Source: the human T2T-CHM13v2.0 reference genome, Homo sapiens
Reading direction: 5' to 3' (one strand)
Length of the DNA: 64,000 nucleotides
Assembly: GCF_009914755.1 (NCBI RefSeq)
Contig: NC_060947.1
The notes below the pieces were generated by a model. That model did no database searches and was not told the DNA's origin. It saw nothing but the letters and a program-made list of their open reading frames with translations. A program made the position numbers and the translations under genes. Below are positions 44,834 to 58,513 of this stretch, one piece after another. Within the stretch, counting starts at the first letter, position 1. Each line of letters begins with the position of its first letter.

Positions 44834-45786
44834 CTAAGGAGGTATGTAAAATAAGTTCCAATACATGTATGTGCTAGGCAATGGCCTACCTGTTTCTCAG
44901 GGCTTTTTCCAATACACTATGCAGCAATCTTATTTCTTTGCGTTTATAATCTGTTTCTTCCTCTTCCATATTTAAAGACCAAAAAGCAAAAAAAACAAAA
45001 GAAAACAACACTTTTCTAGGTGAACCTTGTAAAGAATTAACATTAATAACTTAGTAAGGTCATTTATGAAAAAAGAAAAAAAGAATTAACGTTAATATGT
45101 TGATCATTTAATGGTAAGAGACTCTAATCTGATGCTCTGTATTTTTTAGTTTTTTTTTCCCCTAAGGGGAGCAGTCAAGAAACATTAGTTTAGCAACCCT
45201 CTAATTTTCTTGCCCTCTCATAAACCCCAAAGCAATAGAAATTTTCCATTTCCCATAACAATCAGTGGTCCATTAATTTTTAATCTTATTTTCTACACGT
45301 TTCCAAGTACAGTAGCTTTTCTTAGCCACAATCTTAGTATTTGCCTCTATTTCTCCTCTCTCTCGTCTCATGCCTGAATCATTACCAAAACTTATGCAAA
45401 GAACAAAGAGGCAAAATGATAGATGTATAAACAAACCTAAGACGACCTAATTAGTGTGAGGACCTGTCAGGTGTCTTCCTCTACTTTACCTGAGTCAGTC
45501 CTGACAGCAACTTGGAACTCAATGGTATTACTCCCCCTTTGGAGAGGAAGACATTCAGGCACACAGAAAATTGTCTTACTTTCCAACTCCCATCTTCATA
45601 AATCTGCTACATCTTACCTTCTGTCAGAGTCTTCATTTCCAGACACCTTTCTGTAGTACTTCCTTGCTGTGGTCAAATTACCACCCCAACATTGAGTGTT
45701 GGGACACCCTCCGTGTGCACTCCAGTCTAGGAAAAGGGCCACCATTCTCTCTTTCATAGCTACTATTACAGCTACCATCTTACAGC

Positions 45787-46660
45787 TTCCCTCCCTCCCT
45801 CCCTCCCTTCCTTCTCTCTTTCCTTCTGTCATTTTCTTTCTCCCTTATTTCTATCTTGTTAGCCTTACACCTTTTTTCCTCCCTCCCTCCCTTTCTTTCT
45901 TTCCTCCATCCTTTCGTCTTTCCTTTCTATCTCCCTTCCTTCCTCCCTTCCTCTCTTTCTTCCTTCCTCCTTTTCTTCCCACCCTCCCTTCCTGCTCTCC
46001 TCTCCTCCCTTCCTTGCTTCCTTTCTCCTCCCTCCCTTCCTGTCTCCCTCCCTGCTTTCTTTCCTTCCTTCCTCCCTACCTCCTTCTCTCCCTTCCTTCC
46101 TCCTTCCCTCCCTGCCTTCCTTCTTTTCCTTCCTTCCTTCCTCCCTTCCTCTTCCTCTCCCTCCATCCCCCTCTTCCTCCTTTCCTTCTTTCCTCCCTTC
46201 CCCTCCCTCCCTCCCTTCCTTCCTTCTTTCCTCACTCCCTCCCTTTTCCTCCCCTCCCTTCTTCTGTCCTTCCCTCCCTCCCTTCCTTAATCCCTTCCTT
46301 CCATCCTCCTCCCTCCTTCTCTCCCTTCCTGCCTCCCTCCTTCCCTTCCTTCCTTCCTTCCTCCTTCCCTCTCTTCCTTCCTTCTTTCCTTTCCTTTTCC
46401 TTCCTTCCTTCCTTCCTCCCTCCCTCCCTTCCTCCTCCTCTCCTTCCATCCCTCTCTTCCTCTTTTCCTTTTTTTCTTCCTTCCTTCCTCCCTATCTCCC
46501 TCCCTTCCATCCATCCTTCCTTCCTTCCTTCTTTCCTCCCTCCCTCCCTTCCTCTGTCCTTCCCTCCCTCCCTTCCTTAATTCCTTCCCTCCTTCCTTCC
46601 TTCCTTCCTCCCTCCCTCCCTCCCTTCTTCCTCATTCTGTTTTTCTTTCTTCATTATCCT
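45787..46660. repeat. Long (CCTT/CCCT)n polypyrimidine tract
   Basis: About 870 bp almost purely C/T on the + strand. Confidence 0.97.
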
Positions 46661-48289
46661 TTCTTGTACTATCTTCTCCTTTTTAAGTTGACATCGCTTC
46701 ATCTTAGCCCTAAGCTTCCTATGGACAGAAACTAAGTCTATTTTGCTTAGAATTCTATCTCTACTCCTCATCTGTTGAATAAATGGACAGATAAATAAAT
46801 GAAGGGATGAAAATATGAGCATACCATATGAAAAGCCAACAACCCAAATGGTAGTAACTCTCTCCCCTTGTGTCATATACCACCCCACACATGATAGCTC
46901 ATTTAACATTCACAATAACTCTATAGGCTGGTATTTATACTCCCTTTCTACAGTTCTGTTTCCATTACACCACATGTTTTCTTCTAGTAACATTTGGTGC
47001 TTGGTATTGGAAATATACTACAGGGTTATAATAGTATCACCTACCAGAATCTGCTTATGTGTGGCCAGGGTTATTATAGTATCCTCAGTAAGCAGTGCTG
47101 TGTGCCCTATGGATGAAATTGTTATTCTTATGAGTGGCTATGCAATGACCTAGGAAGAGAACATGCTTCTAATAAGCTTGGCTCTGTTCCCCAAACTGCT
47201 GTATCACTCATTGCATCTCCTCTGTAGTGGGCAAAGGTAGACAATCCAAGTGGTTCTATTCCCAGACCTTTCTACTGGGACCTAGAAATAAAGAGCACCT
47301 ATTCCAGCAAAGAGAGTTGATTCTGTTAGATAAGCCAAAAGGCAATTTTTGGTTAAGAGGAAATAATTGTCTAAACTGTATGAGAGAGGCTGTGCTCTGG
47401 GAAACAGTGTGCATAGGTGACAGGCTGCAGTGTTTCTCTGCAGAGACTTTATTGACAATGGCAGTGAGCTTCCTAAATTGCCAAGGAAGCTATCCTGTCC
47501 TCCTGGTGTAAGTCATTTTTCTTTTTTCTTTGATTTAAGGCAAACAATGTTTGAGCCTTTCAATTATTAAAGATGCTCTCATCTGTCCTGCATCCAATCA
47601 ATTCTTTTTTGAAAATTAGCAATTATTTAGACAGGAAGCCCATGGACTATTCATTCATGAAATGCCTGAGACCTCGACTTTATAAATTGTTATCTTAAAG
47701 GTCTTGGGAGTTCAGGGATAGGGTGTCCCTCTGCCACGGCTTGGGCATTATGTTAGAGCCTTTTATTTGCTCGTTTTAAGTAATGTGTGGCTGCAGGATA
47801 CCTACCCTTGATGCCTCCTCAATAGAGAAGGCATATTTTATAATCTCAGCATTTTCTTTAGGTGGAGAAATGTCTATCCCTGCCTTGGTACACAACATTT
47901 ATCAGACTGAAAAAAAAAATGATTATTAAGGAAGGTTCACAGAAATAGCTCCTACAGCAGATAAGATGGTCTTGCCATTACTACTTTAAATTATTTATTT
48001 GATCTTTTAAAAGACAATTTCCTAAGTGTTTGAGATTTTTTAAATATTTTAATCACAAGGTTCTTTGTCCTGAAAGTGTTACTAAATACCTGCCTTACAG
48101 AAGTAGCTAATCTTATCTCTAAGTACAAAGGACTGACTACAGGCATTTATTTTCTTGCCAGTTCAAGTGGATGAAATTGAAGTATGGATTTGCATAGTAA
48201 AGGTGAAAGGCATTAGCATTGAGAGTATTACAAAAGTCTTGTTCACAGCACTGACTTGTATTAGCAACATTCCCTTTTGACTCCTGTAC

Positions 48290-48620
48290 CAAATCGCACA
48301 TCTAAGCATCTCTCTCAACAGCTCAAAGGGCCTTAGTGATCCCTTCTCAGTATCAAGGTAAAATCTCAAGTGCTCTCCAGGCCCTTCAGCTGACCCCATT
48401 CTAGCCTCTCCCAAGGCCCTCCTCAACCTATGCCCCAAATGGACCATAGTCCAGGCACACAAATTACTCCTAGAAAGTTCTTTGTCCTGTCAGTGGGTAT
48501 GGTTTTGCATCTGTGCAAGTATCCACTTCTAGTATGTGGTTAGTAGAATGTTGACTTATTCTAGGGCAGCAGAAAGATCATATTTCCCCAGAAGCCTTCC
48601 CTGACCATACTTCCCATGTC
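48290..48620 (+). mobile_element. L2 remnant (its 3' part is duplicated at 50263-50412)
   Basis: aaggtaaaatctcaa...aggccct...cagaagccttccctgacc. Confidence 0.5.
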
Positions 48621-48968
48621 CTGGGAGAGTCCCCATTCCTCCTCTCCTCCCATCCCCAGTGAACTTTTGTTTAACTACATCCCAGGGCTCCCAGTGGCCC
48701 AGAACTGAGTGGAAGAAAGAGAGGCAGTGGGGTGGTCCCTGGATGAGAAGCAAACATTTCCATCAAGGGCTGGGCAGTACTAATGGATCCAGGAAAGCCT
48801 GCAGAGACATCTCTTGAGCAGTCAGATGATCAGTTTGAGTGCTCCCTGTCCACATTCCATCTCAGCTCAGGAAATACCTTTTATCCACGGACACTGGCTG
48901 CCCGCATCCCATCCCTGAACATCATGCACATGGCGGTGTTGGCCCCCCAGGAGTATCTTATCAGGACC

Positions 48969-50131
48969 TGTGATGAAGACCATGCTACTCTGCCAGCCCC
49001 ACTACAGGATAGGATAAGGGATTACTCCTCCAGCTGCTAGGAGGTGCTGTCCCTGCTAGTAGCCCTCAACTCTTCATCCTCTCCAAGAATTACCCTTCTC
49101 TGAAGACATCTCTTTTCCTAGGTCGTGCTGTTACTTCAGGACCATCCTGCATCCAGTAACTGTTCAGTGCAAGGGTATAAATCTTCCTCCCCACAAACAC
49201 ACCTCAGAGCACTCTACCAGGCCACTGCAACCTCATCTACTCAATAGCACTTTACCAGGCCACTGCAACCTCATGTACTCCAGAGCACTCTACCAAATCA
49301 CTGAAATGTCATCTACTCAATAGCACATTACCAGGCCACTGCAACCTCATCTACTCAATAGCACTCTACCAAGTCACTGAAACGTCATCTACTCAATAGC
49401 ACTTTACCAGGCCACTGCAACCTCATCTACTCCAGCGCACTCTACCAGGCCACTGCACCCTCATCTACTCCAGAGCACTCTACCAGGCCACTGCACCCTC
49501 ATCTACTCCGGAGCACTCTACCAGGCCACTGCACCCTCATCTATTCCGGAGCACTCTACCAGGCCACTGCACCCTCATCTACTCCGGAGCACTCTACCAG
49601 GCCACTGCACCCTCATCTACTCCGGAGCACTCTACCAGGCCACTGCAACCTCATCTACTCTGGAGCACTCTACCAGGCCACTGCAACCTCATCTACTCAA
49701 TAGCACTTTACCAGGCCACTGCAGCCTCATCTACTCAATAGCACTTTACCAGGCCACTGCAGCCTCATCTACTCAACAGCACTCTACCAGGCCACTGCAA
49801 CCTCATCTACTCCAGAGCACTCTACCAGGCCACTGCAACCTCATCTACTCAATAGCACTCTACCAGGCCACTGCAACCTTATCTACTCCAGAGCACTCTA
49901 CCAGGCCACTGCAACCTCATGTACTCCAGAGCACTCTACCAGGCCACTGCAACCTCAGAGCTCTCATGGGCTCAGCCAAGTCCTTACTGTGAGAGCACTA
50001 TAGCTCAAATTTTTCCCTTTGCTCAGATGTGCCTCCTTCCTTTCCTCCTCCTGAGAGGATGCCCCCCATTCCCCAAACTTCTCATATGCTAAGCTCTGTC
50101 TCCTTGGCTTTCCCAGGACAGCCCTGCAACA
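48969..50131 (+). mobile_element. LTR16C-like ERVL solo LTR containing a VNTR
   Basis: ccagctgctaggag.tgctg...tgcatccagtaactg...gggtataaa...[VNTR]gagctc...ctgcaaca collinear with LTR16C. Confidence 0.75.
49205..49957. repeat. 38-bp minisatellite (VNTR): 19 full units plus 1 partial
   Basis: Consensus tctactccagagcactctaccaggccactgcaacctca; units counted by eye. Confidence 0.97.
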
Positions 50132-53100
50132 GTTCCAAGTTCCAGGCATAGCAAAGGATGCACATAAACAGCAAACTGCTTTAGCAATAAAAACAACCTG
50201 GTCCTTCCTTTTCTGCAAGTTGTCTGCCCAAATCTAAACTTCCAGGCAGATTCAAGTAAGTTCTAGAAGGTCCTTTGTCCCTTAGGTGGGTATGATTTTG
50301 CATCTGTGCAAATGTCCACCTTCTACTGTGTGGCGAGTTGAATGTTGACTTAATTCTTCTAGCAGCAGAAATGGCACCTTTACCAGGAAGCCTTCCCACG
50401 TAGACTACCATGAACAGGGGTTATTTATTGGAGGTGTGATGTTTGCTTGTGTCTGCACACCTGTGCTCATTAACAACCAACTTTTTCAGCTTAGGTGAAG
50501 GTTTCCTATTGATCTATGTGGTAGGCATATCTCCTGCCTTCCAGAGACCAGATGTATCCAGACTAGATTCACTCAGTTACAGAAGCCTGGTAATAAAACC
50601 AATTAACTTTAGGAGAACCCACTTCCTCATCTTCTAACACATTATCAAAGTTTTGATAATACAGGGCACAAAGAGGGCATCATCTCACAAAACAGAAGCA
50701 GATGAAATTGAAGTTGCAGTGCTGGACCCAAAGAAACATGCTTGTTTGGGGAAAAAAAAAACAGAGGGATCAGTCCATCGCTTAGAGGTCACCTAAGCAA
50801 GTCCCCTAAATATTTGAACTTAATTCCTTTTTAAAATAGCAGGAAGCTCTTAATCAGAGTTCTGTCTTCTACAAGCATATCTTGTTGAGGAATAACAATG
50901 CAGGTGTATCTGTGCTTCTCACTTTTTTTCTTTCCTTGTCTGTTTAAAAGAAGCGTGGATTTGCCTGTTCAGCTTTCCCCATGCCCCAGGCTACATCTAA
51001 ATGAGGAGCTTTAGACTAAGTCTGGAACGTTGCAGTGCTGTAGGAGCCACTGATTAGGAGGGAATCAGATGCAACTCAGGGAGAAAGAAATTAAGTTTGT
51101 AAACTATCGCTGTGGGCAATCTATCATGCCATGGTGTTCAAGAAATACAAGTATGGAGATTGAGCACAGTTTCAAAGTCACCTTTTGGATGCTGGATTTT
51201 ATTCCCTTGACTGTTAAGCCCCACTGAGAATGGTCCACCTAGATGGTGACTTCAATGGGCTTATAGTAGCTGGCCTGTCAAGGGTAGCCTAGCATGTGTT
51301 AGCTAAAGCACATCATCTAGTCTTATTTGGAGCTAAAATCACGACTTTAAACCTGAATCATGAACACACTTCACTCGAATGGCCAGACTATTGGAACAAT
51401 GACCAAATACTGAGATTTGATCAAATCTCTGTCGTGACAGTTTTTGGAATAATGTGGGAAATAAATATCATAGTGAAGATACAATGTACATTTTTCCAAT
51501 GGCAGAGTTTGGAACTAAATGTTCCTGTATTTAGTCCTGAGAGAGGTGGTCCAAGAAATATCTTTTCTGTAGTGGCTCAAGGCAGCTGCCTGCTAAGTCA
51601 TGCTCATGTGTGGTCTTGTGGCTGAAGTTGTGAATTTTAAAACCAAACAACTTTTGTAGCCTAGGACACAGACTACTTTCTAAGAGAAAATTAAGAGTCA
51701 CAAGCAAGTACTATGCTAGGTTTAGAGAAAAGTAGTCAGATTCATGATTAGAACATACCAGGAAATTAGTACAAAATGGACTGGCTCAAAGGGAGGAACT
51801 TCTGTATGAGAGAGGGTTTACCTAAATCCTCTTGATATTAATTTCTAACTTTGCAAAGTCTCACATTGCTGTGAACAATTACTACTATGGACAGGAATGA
51901 ATTTATAGCTGAGGGCTGCAGAACCTGGATATACAATGGCATTTCTGAGATTACAAAGCAATTGTCTGTGTTTTTTTCTGATTGGAAGAAATGTAAGCAA
52001 CATACTGTCTGCTTATGGGTAGAGAATAGGTCCCATGTCTTAAAGATATCCAAGCAGAGTTTGTGTAGACTTTAATAATATGATAATGAGCCACCCATCT
52101 TGTCACAACTTCTGCATCTATTGGTGAATGAAGAGGAAGGATGTTGTAATCCCAGTAATCACCCCTCCAAAATTAGATATGTGCCCCTGGGTATGGGGTG
52201 AACTTCAAAACTTTAGGTGGCAGGATGGTGCTACACTAGTTTCCTTGAGGCTTGGGTATCCTCTTGGTTCCTTTGCCTCCTTATAATGAAGTCCTTGCCT
52301 CTGTCCCAGCTCCAGGGATACAATGCACGAACTGTGTTGCACCTTAGGGGACTCTGCTGCATCCCAGGGGAAAACAGAAGAAATATTGGGCTTTAAATTG
52401 ACTTCTCATTGAAGAGGGCCACAAACATTTTCCAGGGTGAAATTGGATGCCACCAAAATTACTAACATGCAAACTCATGTACTGTGATCACACACCCTGT
52501 TCCCATTTTGACTCGTGGGAGCCTAAGCTTAGTTAATTGGTTTTATTACCAGGCTTCTGTAACTGAGATTGAGTGACTGTAGTTTTGATATATCTGGTTT
52601 CTGGAAAGTGGGAGATATACCTATACCAAAGAGATCAACAGGAAAGCTTAAGCTAAAAAACTTGGTTGTTAATGAGCACAGATATGTGGACACAAGCAAA
52701 GAAGAGAGTCCTAATGACAGTTACAGACAGGATTGAATAGGTCCTCACTTTGGAGAAGAATGAAGCCTCCTGAAGCCTCTCCTGTTACTGAATTGCACAA
52801 CATTTCCATGCAGGGGCTACTAAAGCTTCCCTACTGCATTGCCTATCCGCATTCCTCTTGGTCTTCACACTGGTTTTTCCTGTGTACGTTCAATTCCCGG
52901 TTCTTCTGTTTGAAAGCCACTTATCTCCAGACAGCTCAGACTTCAGCCTATCAATGCAGATTCCCTCTTCTATGTCCTGAGTCACCGTTCTTCCAAATTC
53001 TGTTAAATATATCTTCTTTAGGTAATTTTCTTGGCTAATTTTAACAGTTATAGAATGCGATGTATGAGAGGCAGTAGATTTCTCAAGGAAGCAAGCAATA

Positions 53101-53132
53101 ATTTTTAGGCAAAAGTTATATCAAATTGAAGA

Positions 53133-53151
53133 ACAGACAGACAGACAGACA

Positions 53152-53183
<32 letters not shown>
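53133..53183. repeat. (GACA)n(CA)n microsatellite
   Basis: Direct reading. Confidence 0.93.
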
Positions 53184-53184
<1 letters not shown>

Positions 53185-56100
53185 TTTCTGTTAGGAAAAC
53201 TGGAGTCATATAACACCAGTGTGATTTTTTAAAAATGCCTCCTCTTTGGTGCACCATGAAAATTGGTTGATTCAATTTGATCATTATGCTTTCTATGGCT
53301 TCGTTATAATATTACCTAGTTATGGAAATATGGGTGAGTCATTTCCAATGTGTAATTCATATTCTGGGTGTCAGACGTGGTTGTACGTGTGAGGAATACA
53401 GGAGCGAACAAAAAGTATAAAAGACTGCCTTATTGGAGCTAAAATTAGTACACATTCCAGTTGCACGGAGTGTCTTCATTTTAGCCTTTGCTTCCTTTCA
53501 AATAGCTCATTTGATAATCTAATAGTATTATTAAGTCTTTTTAATTCAAATAAACTTACCCTCTATTGTGTTCCAATATCCAGACCTGATCTGCTATTTC
53601 TCAAATTCTGCTGAAACAGAGGTCTCAGCAGCCGTATGTATGTTAAGACTGGTTCTAAAGGAGAATTGCTTTGGGTTGACTGTTATGTCATTGCCTTTCC
53701 ATTCATCTTCCTCTGTGCTCTACTTGCTGCTGATTTTAATTATTTTGCTGAGATTACACAACCAAATGGTGCCTTCTCTGATGTCTTTAAAAATAATCAC
53801 ATTTGCTCTTATAAGGAATATTTTCTGTTTCAATCTAAGAACATTTCTACAGTCATTAGCTGAGTTGGCAAAATACAGAGCCCTTCCTGCATTAATTTCA
53901 CCTTCTCTGGTCTAGAATTCAACACAGGATTTATTCTGTAATCTGTTCTGCAAACTTGAAATTCTATTCATAAAGAAATGTTTAAATAAACTTCCCAACA
54001 GTGACCCTATCTTCCTCCTTGATTATTTTGTTTCCTACGTTCTGTACCGCTTTTCTACTTCTGATGAAGGATCAAAAGTAAAAGATTGTTTTGACTTTAT
54101 TTTAAATTTAATTAGAAAATAAAAAGTCAGTATAAAGCATTTATTAATATAATCAGTCTTATGCAAAAGCCTGTTCCCAGGATGTTTCTGATGAAGTTAA
54201 TTAAGACACATAATTTTGTATATAAATTTTGGATATTAGGGAAATATTTGATTTAGAAAAAAATTAGAAAGCTGGCCAAATTTATTCCCCTTTCTAAAAA
54301 TCTTCCTATGGTATTTAAAAAATTTATAGTAAAAATATCATCCACTATGAAATATATTATTTGCATCTAAATTAAATATTTTTAGTGATATGGATACTTG
54401 TATACATAAACATACCCACACACCCCCAACAGGTATAGTTGTACAAATATATTAAACATGTACATATACATTTAGAAACATACAGCTATGAAGAAATGAA
54501 TAATGTTTATGGTAATCTGGCTTTAAAATCCTTCCAAACTAGAGATTTTTAATAAAAAAACCTTTTAGATAACTGCATAAACACATTCCAATAAGACAGT
54601 GTACTATGACCATTTCATATGGTGTCTGTTGGCATTTTCTTCTAACTAGGTCCATATTTTAAAAACAATTTCTAGACCATATGTGGCTTGCCCAATCTTG
54701 AGAAAATGTTTCATTCTTGAATTTAAATTTCAATACTTGGAGTGGGACAGGATGGCCAGCTAGACATAGCCAGGAAGTACTGTTCCCACCAAGAGAGACC
54801 AACATTTTGAGTAAACCATCATAATTTGAATAGATCTTAGAGAGAAAATGCTGAGAATGGATGGAGATGTGATGTGGACACTGAGGCTCAAAAAGGAGGA
54901 AGCTGGGAACCTGGCGTTGGGTACTTGAACGCTAGGGCTACTTCCCAGCCCTGAAGGGCTCCTGGGGAAGGGGTACATGAAGGACTGTGGGACTTCCCAC
55001 TCTTGCGGTGGACCTTGGGGATCCTTAGCTAGAGGGAACCCCACAAACCCCATGGACATTTGAGCCAGCCAGGGGATCATCCAGAGAGTAGGCAGAGATA
55101 GGGCTTTAGCCAGTGAACAACCGGGGGCCTTTGTGTATGGGGCAGCTCCAGCAAGCCCGACCATAGGCGCCAATCCCCCTGGGGCTCCCCACCTCCCTCC
55201 AAGAAGCTCTAGCCTCAGCTCACTGCTGGGCCAGGAGAGAGTGGAACCAGCTTCCCTGTGGGACTGGGGCATGTCTGTTATGCAGGCCCTCTTGCCTGCC
55301 AGACCCTCTCAGGGCCCCTATCTGGCCAACCTACAAGAGTGTGTGCATGTGCATAGTACAGTCTCTGCTGCCCAGCCTAGGTGCTTTGCTGCACCTGAGT
55401 ACATTCCCAGCATCCTCCAAGCACTTTGGATCTCCTAGAACATGAGGAACCCAAGCCCAGGTGTCTGGAGGATGGAGGTGTGGGGTGTCCCACCACCCAG
55501 GGCTGTGATGTGCAGCTCAGGAGTGCTGGGCTGAGACCTGTGGGCAGCACTTGAGCTGGGGAGGAACACTCACTCTCAGAGAACTGAGAGGGGTGAAATA
55601 CACAGGTTCATAGGCTGCTGCAGAAGTGGGGCATGCCTCCTTCCATAGAGCCAGCCCAGAAAGGGCGTGGCCTAGCTCCCTGCCATGGATTTTGCCCAAG
55701 GGAGCCCCACGGCCCAGAACACCTAACAAAAGAAGTGTAGGCATAATGCCAGTGATTGGAGGGGGCTCCCCCAAGGCCCAGGAGTGGGCCTGGTGAGGTA
55801 GTCACCTCTCTTCCCTCCACACTGCAGAGCATGGCTGCAAACATGAGGAAATACAGGCAGCTAAGAGCCTATCAGCCATTACTCTTATGCATTATCTACT
55901 GGAACACAGCCCAAACTACAACACCAAAAATATTTTGCTAAAATACCCCCCTGTGAAGCAAAGGGCAAGGATTCAGCCACAAATAAAGACCCTGTGCAGA
56001 GCCTTGACCCTGTAAAAACACCCAGAAACAAAGCCAACTGACTATACTCAACTTTCACCACAGTTAAAGGAACACCAACCCTCCCAGATAGAAATAATCA

Positions 56101-57190
56101 GCATAAGAACTCTGGAAACTCAAAAAGCCAGAGTGTCCCCTTACTTCCAAACAAGTCCACTAGTTCCCCAGCAATGATTTTTAACCACTCAGAAATGACT
56201 AAAATGACAGATGTAGAATTCAGAACCTGGATGACAAGGAAGCTCATCAAAATTCAGGAGAGAGTTGAAAAACAATCCAAAGGATCCAGTAAAATGATCC
56301 AAGGGCCAAAAAGATGAAATAGTCATTTTATAAAAGAACCAAACTGAACTTCTAAAGCTGAAAAATTTACCACAAGAATTTCATAATTCAGTAAGAAGTA
56401 TTGACAACAGAATAGACCAAGCTGAGGAAAGACTCTCAGAGCTCAAAGACCTGTTCTTTGAATCAACTCAGCCAGACAAAAATAAAGAAAAAATATTTTT
56501 TAAAAATGAACAAAACCTTTGAGAAATATGGGATTATGTAAAGAGCATTGGCATTCTTGAAAGAGAAGGAGAGAGAATAAGCAACTTGGAAAATATATGC
56601 GAAGCTGTAGTCCATGAAAATTTTCCTAATCTCATTAGAGAGGATTACATGCAAATTCAAGAAATACAGAAACCCCTGGCTAGATACTATATAAGAAGCC
56701 CATTCACAAGGCACATAGTCATGAGATTCACCAAGGTCAATACAAAAGAAGAAATCTTAAAGGCAGCTAGAGAGAAGAGACAGGTCATATACAGAGAGAA
56801 TCCCATTAGAATGGCAGCAGATCTCTCAACAGAAATATTACAAGCCAGAAGAGATTGGGAACTATTTTTAGTGTCCTTAAATAAAAGAAATTTCAATCAA
56901 GAATTTCATATTCTGACAAACTAAGCTTCATAAGTGAGGGACAAATAAAATCCTCAGACAAGCAAATGCTGAGAGAATTTGTTTCAACTAGACCAGCTTT
57001 ACATGAGGTCATTTAGGGAGTGCTAAACATGGAATCAAAAGCATGATATCTGCTACCACAAAAACGCATTTAAGCACATAGCCCACAGACACTGTAAAGC
57101 AACTACACAATCAAGTCTACATAATAACCAGCTAACAATACAATGGGAAGATCAAAATCTCACATACTAACCCTGGATGTAAATTGGCTA

Positions 57191-57779
<589 letters not shown>

Positions 57780-58435
57780 TTAACTATTCTAAACATATGC
57801 ACACCCAACACTGGAGCACCCAGATTCCTAAAACAAGTTCTTCTCGACCTACAAAAAGACTTAGCCACACAATAACATTGGAAGATTTCAGTACCCCAAT
57901 GACAATGTTAGATAATCATCAAGGCAGAAAACTGACAAAGAAACTCTGGACTTAAACTCAACATTTGCCTATTTGGACCTAATGGATATCTACAGAACAC
58001 TGTACCCAACAACTGCAGAATATGCATTCTCCTCATCCGCAAACAGAACATTTTCTAAGTTTGGCCACATGCTCAGTCATAAAGCAAGTGTTAATGATTT
58101 TTAAAAAAATCAAAATCATACCAAGCACACTCTTGAACCACAGTGCAATAAAACCAGAAGTCAATATCAAGAAGGTCTCTCAAAACTATGCAAATACATG
58201 GAAATTAAACAACTTGTTCCTGAATGACTCCTGGGTGAACATCAAAATTAAGGCAGAAATCAAAAAATTATTTGAAATTTATGAAAACAGAAACACAACT
58301 TGCCAAAATCTCTAGGATACAGCTGAAGTAATAAGAGGAAAGTTTGTAGCGTTAAACATCTTCATCGAGAAGTTAGAAAGATCTCAAATTAACATGTAAT
58401 AAATGTACACATGTAACCCCTGTATCTAAAATATA

Positions 58436-58513
58436 TTAGGTTGGTGCAAAAGTAATTGTAGTTTTTACCATTACTTTCAATGGCAAAACCACAATTACTT
58501 TTGCACCAACCTA
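58436..58513. mobile_element. MADE1 (Hsmar1 mariner MITE)
   Basis: ttaggttggtgcaaaagtaattg...caattacttttgcaccaaccta terminal inverted repeats; TA TSDs. Confidence 0.95.

Noticed and set aside
45696-46909. 294-aa Pro/Ser/Leu/Phe ORF and Gly/Arg/Glu/Lys ORFs
   Set aside because: Stop-free by composition of the CCTT tract; no splice or codon evidence
49205-49957. CRISPR-like array of 38-bp repeats
   Set aside because: Units are head-to-tail with no unique spacers, there are no cas genes, and the context is primate; it is a minisatellite
52146-52750. Possible old LTR
   Set aside because: LTR-like flavour, but I could not assign a family, termini or TSD
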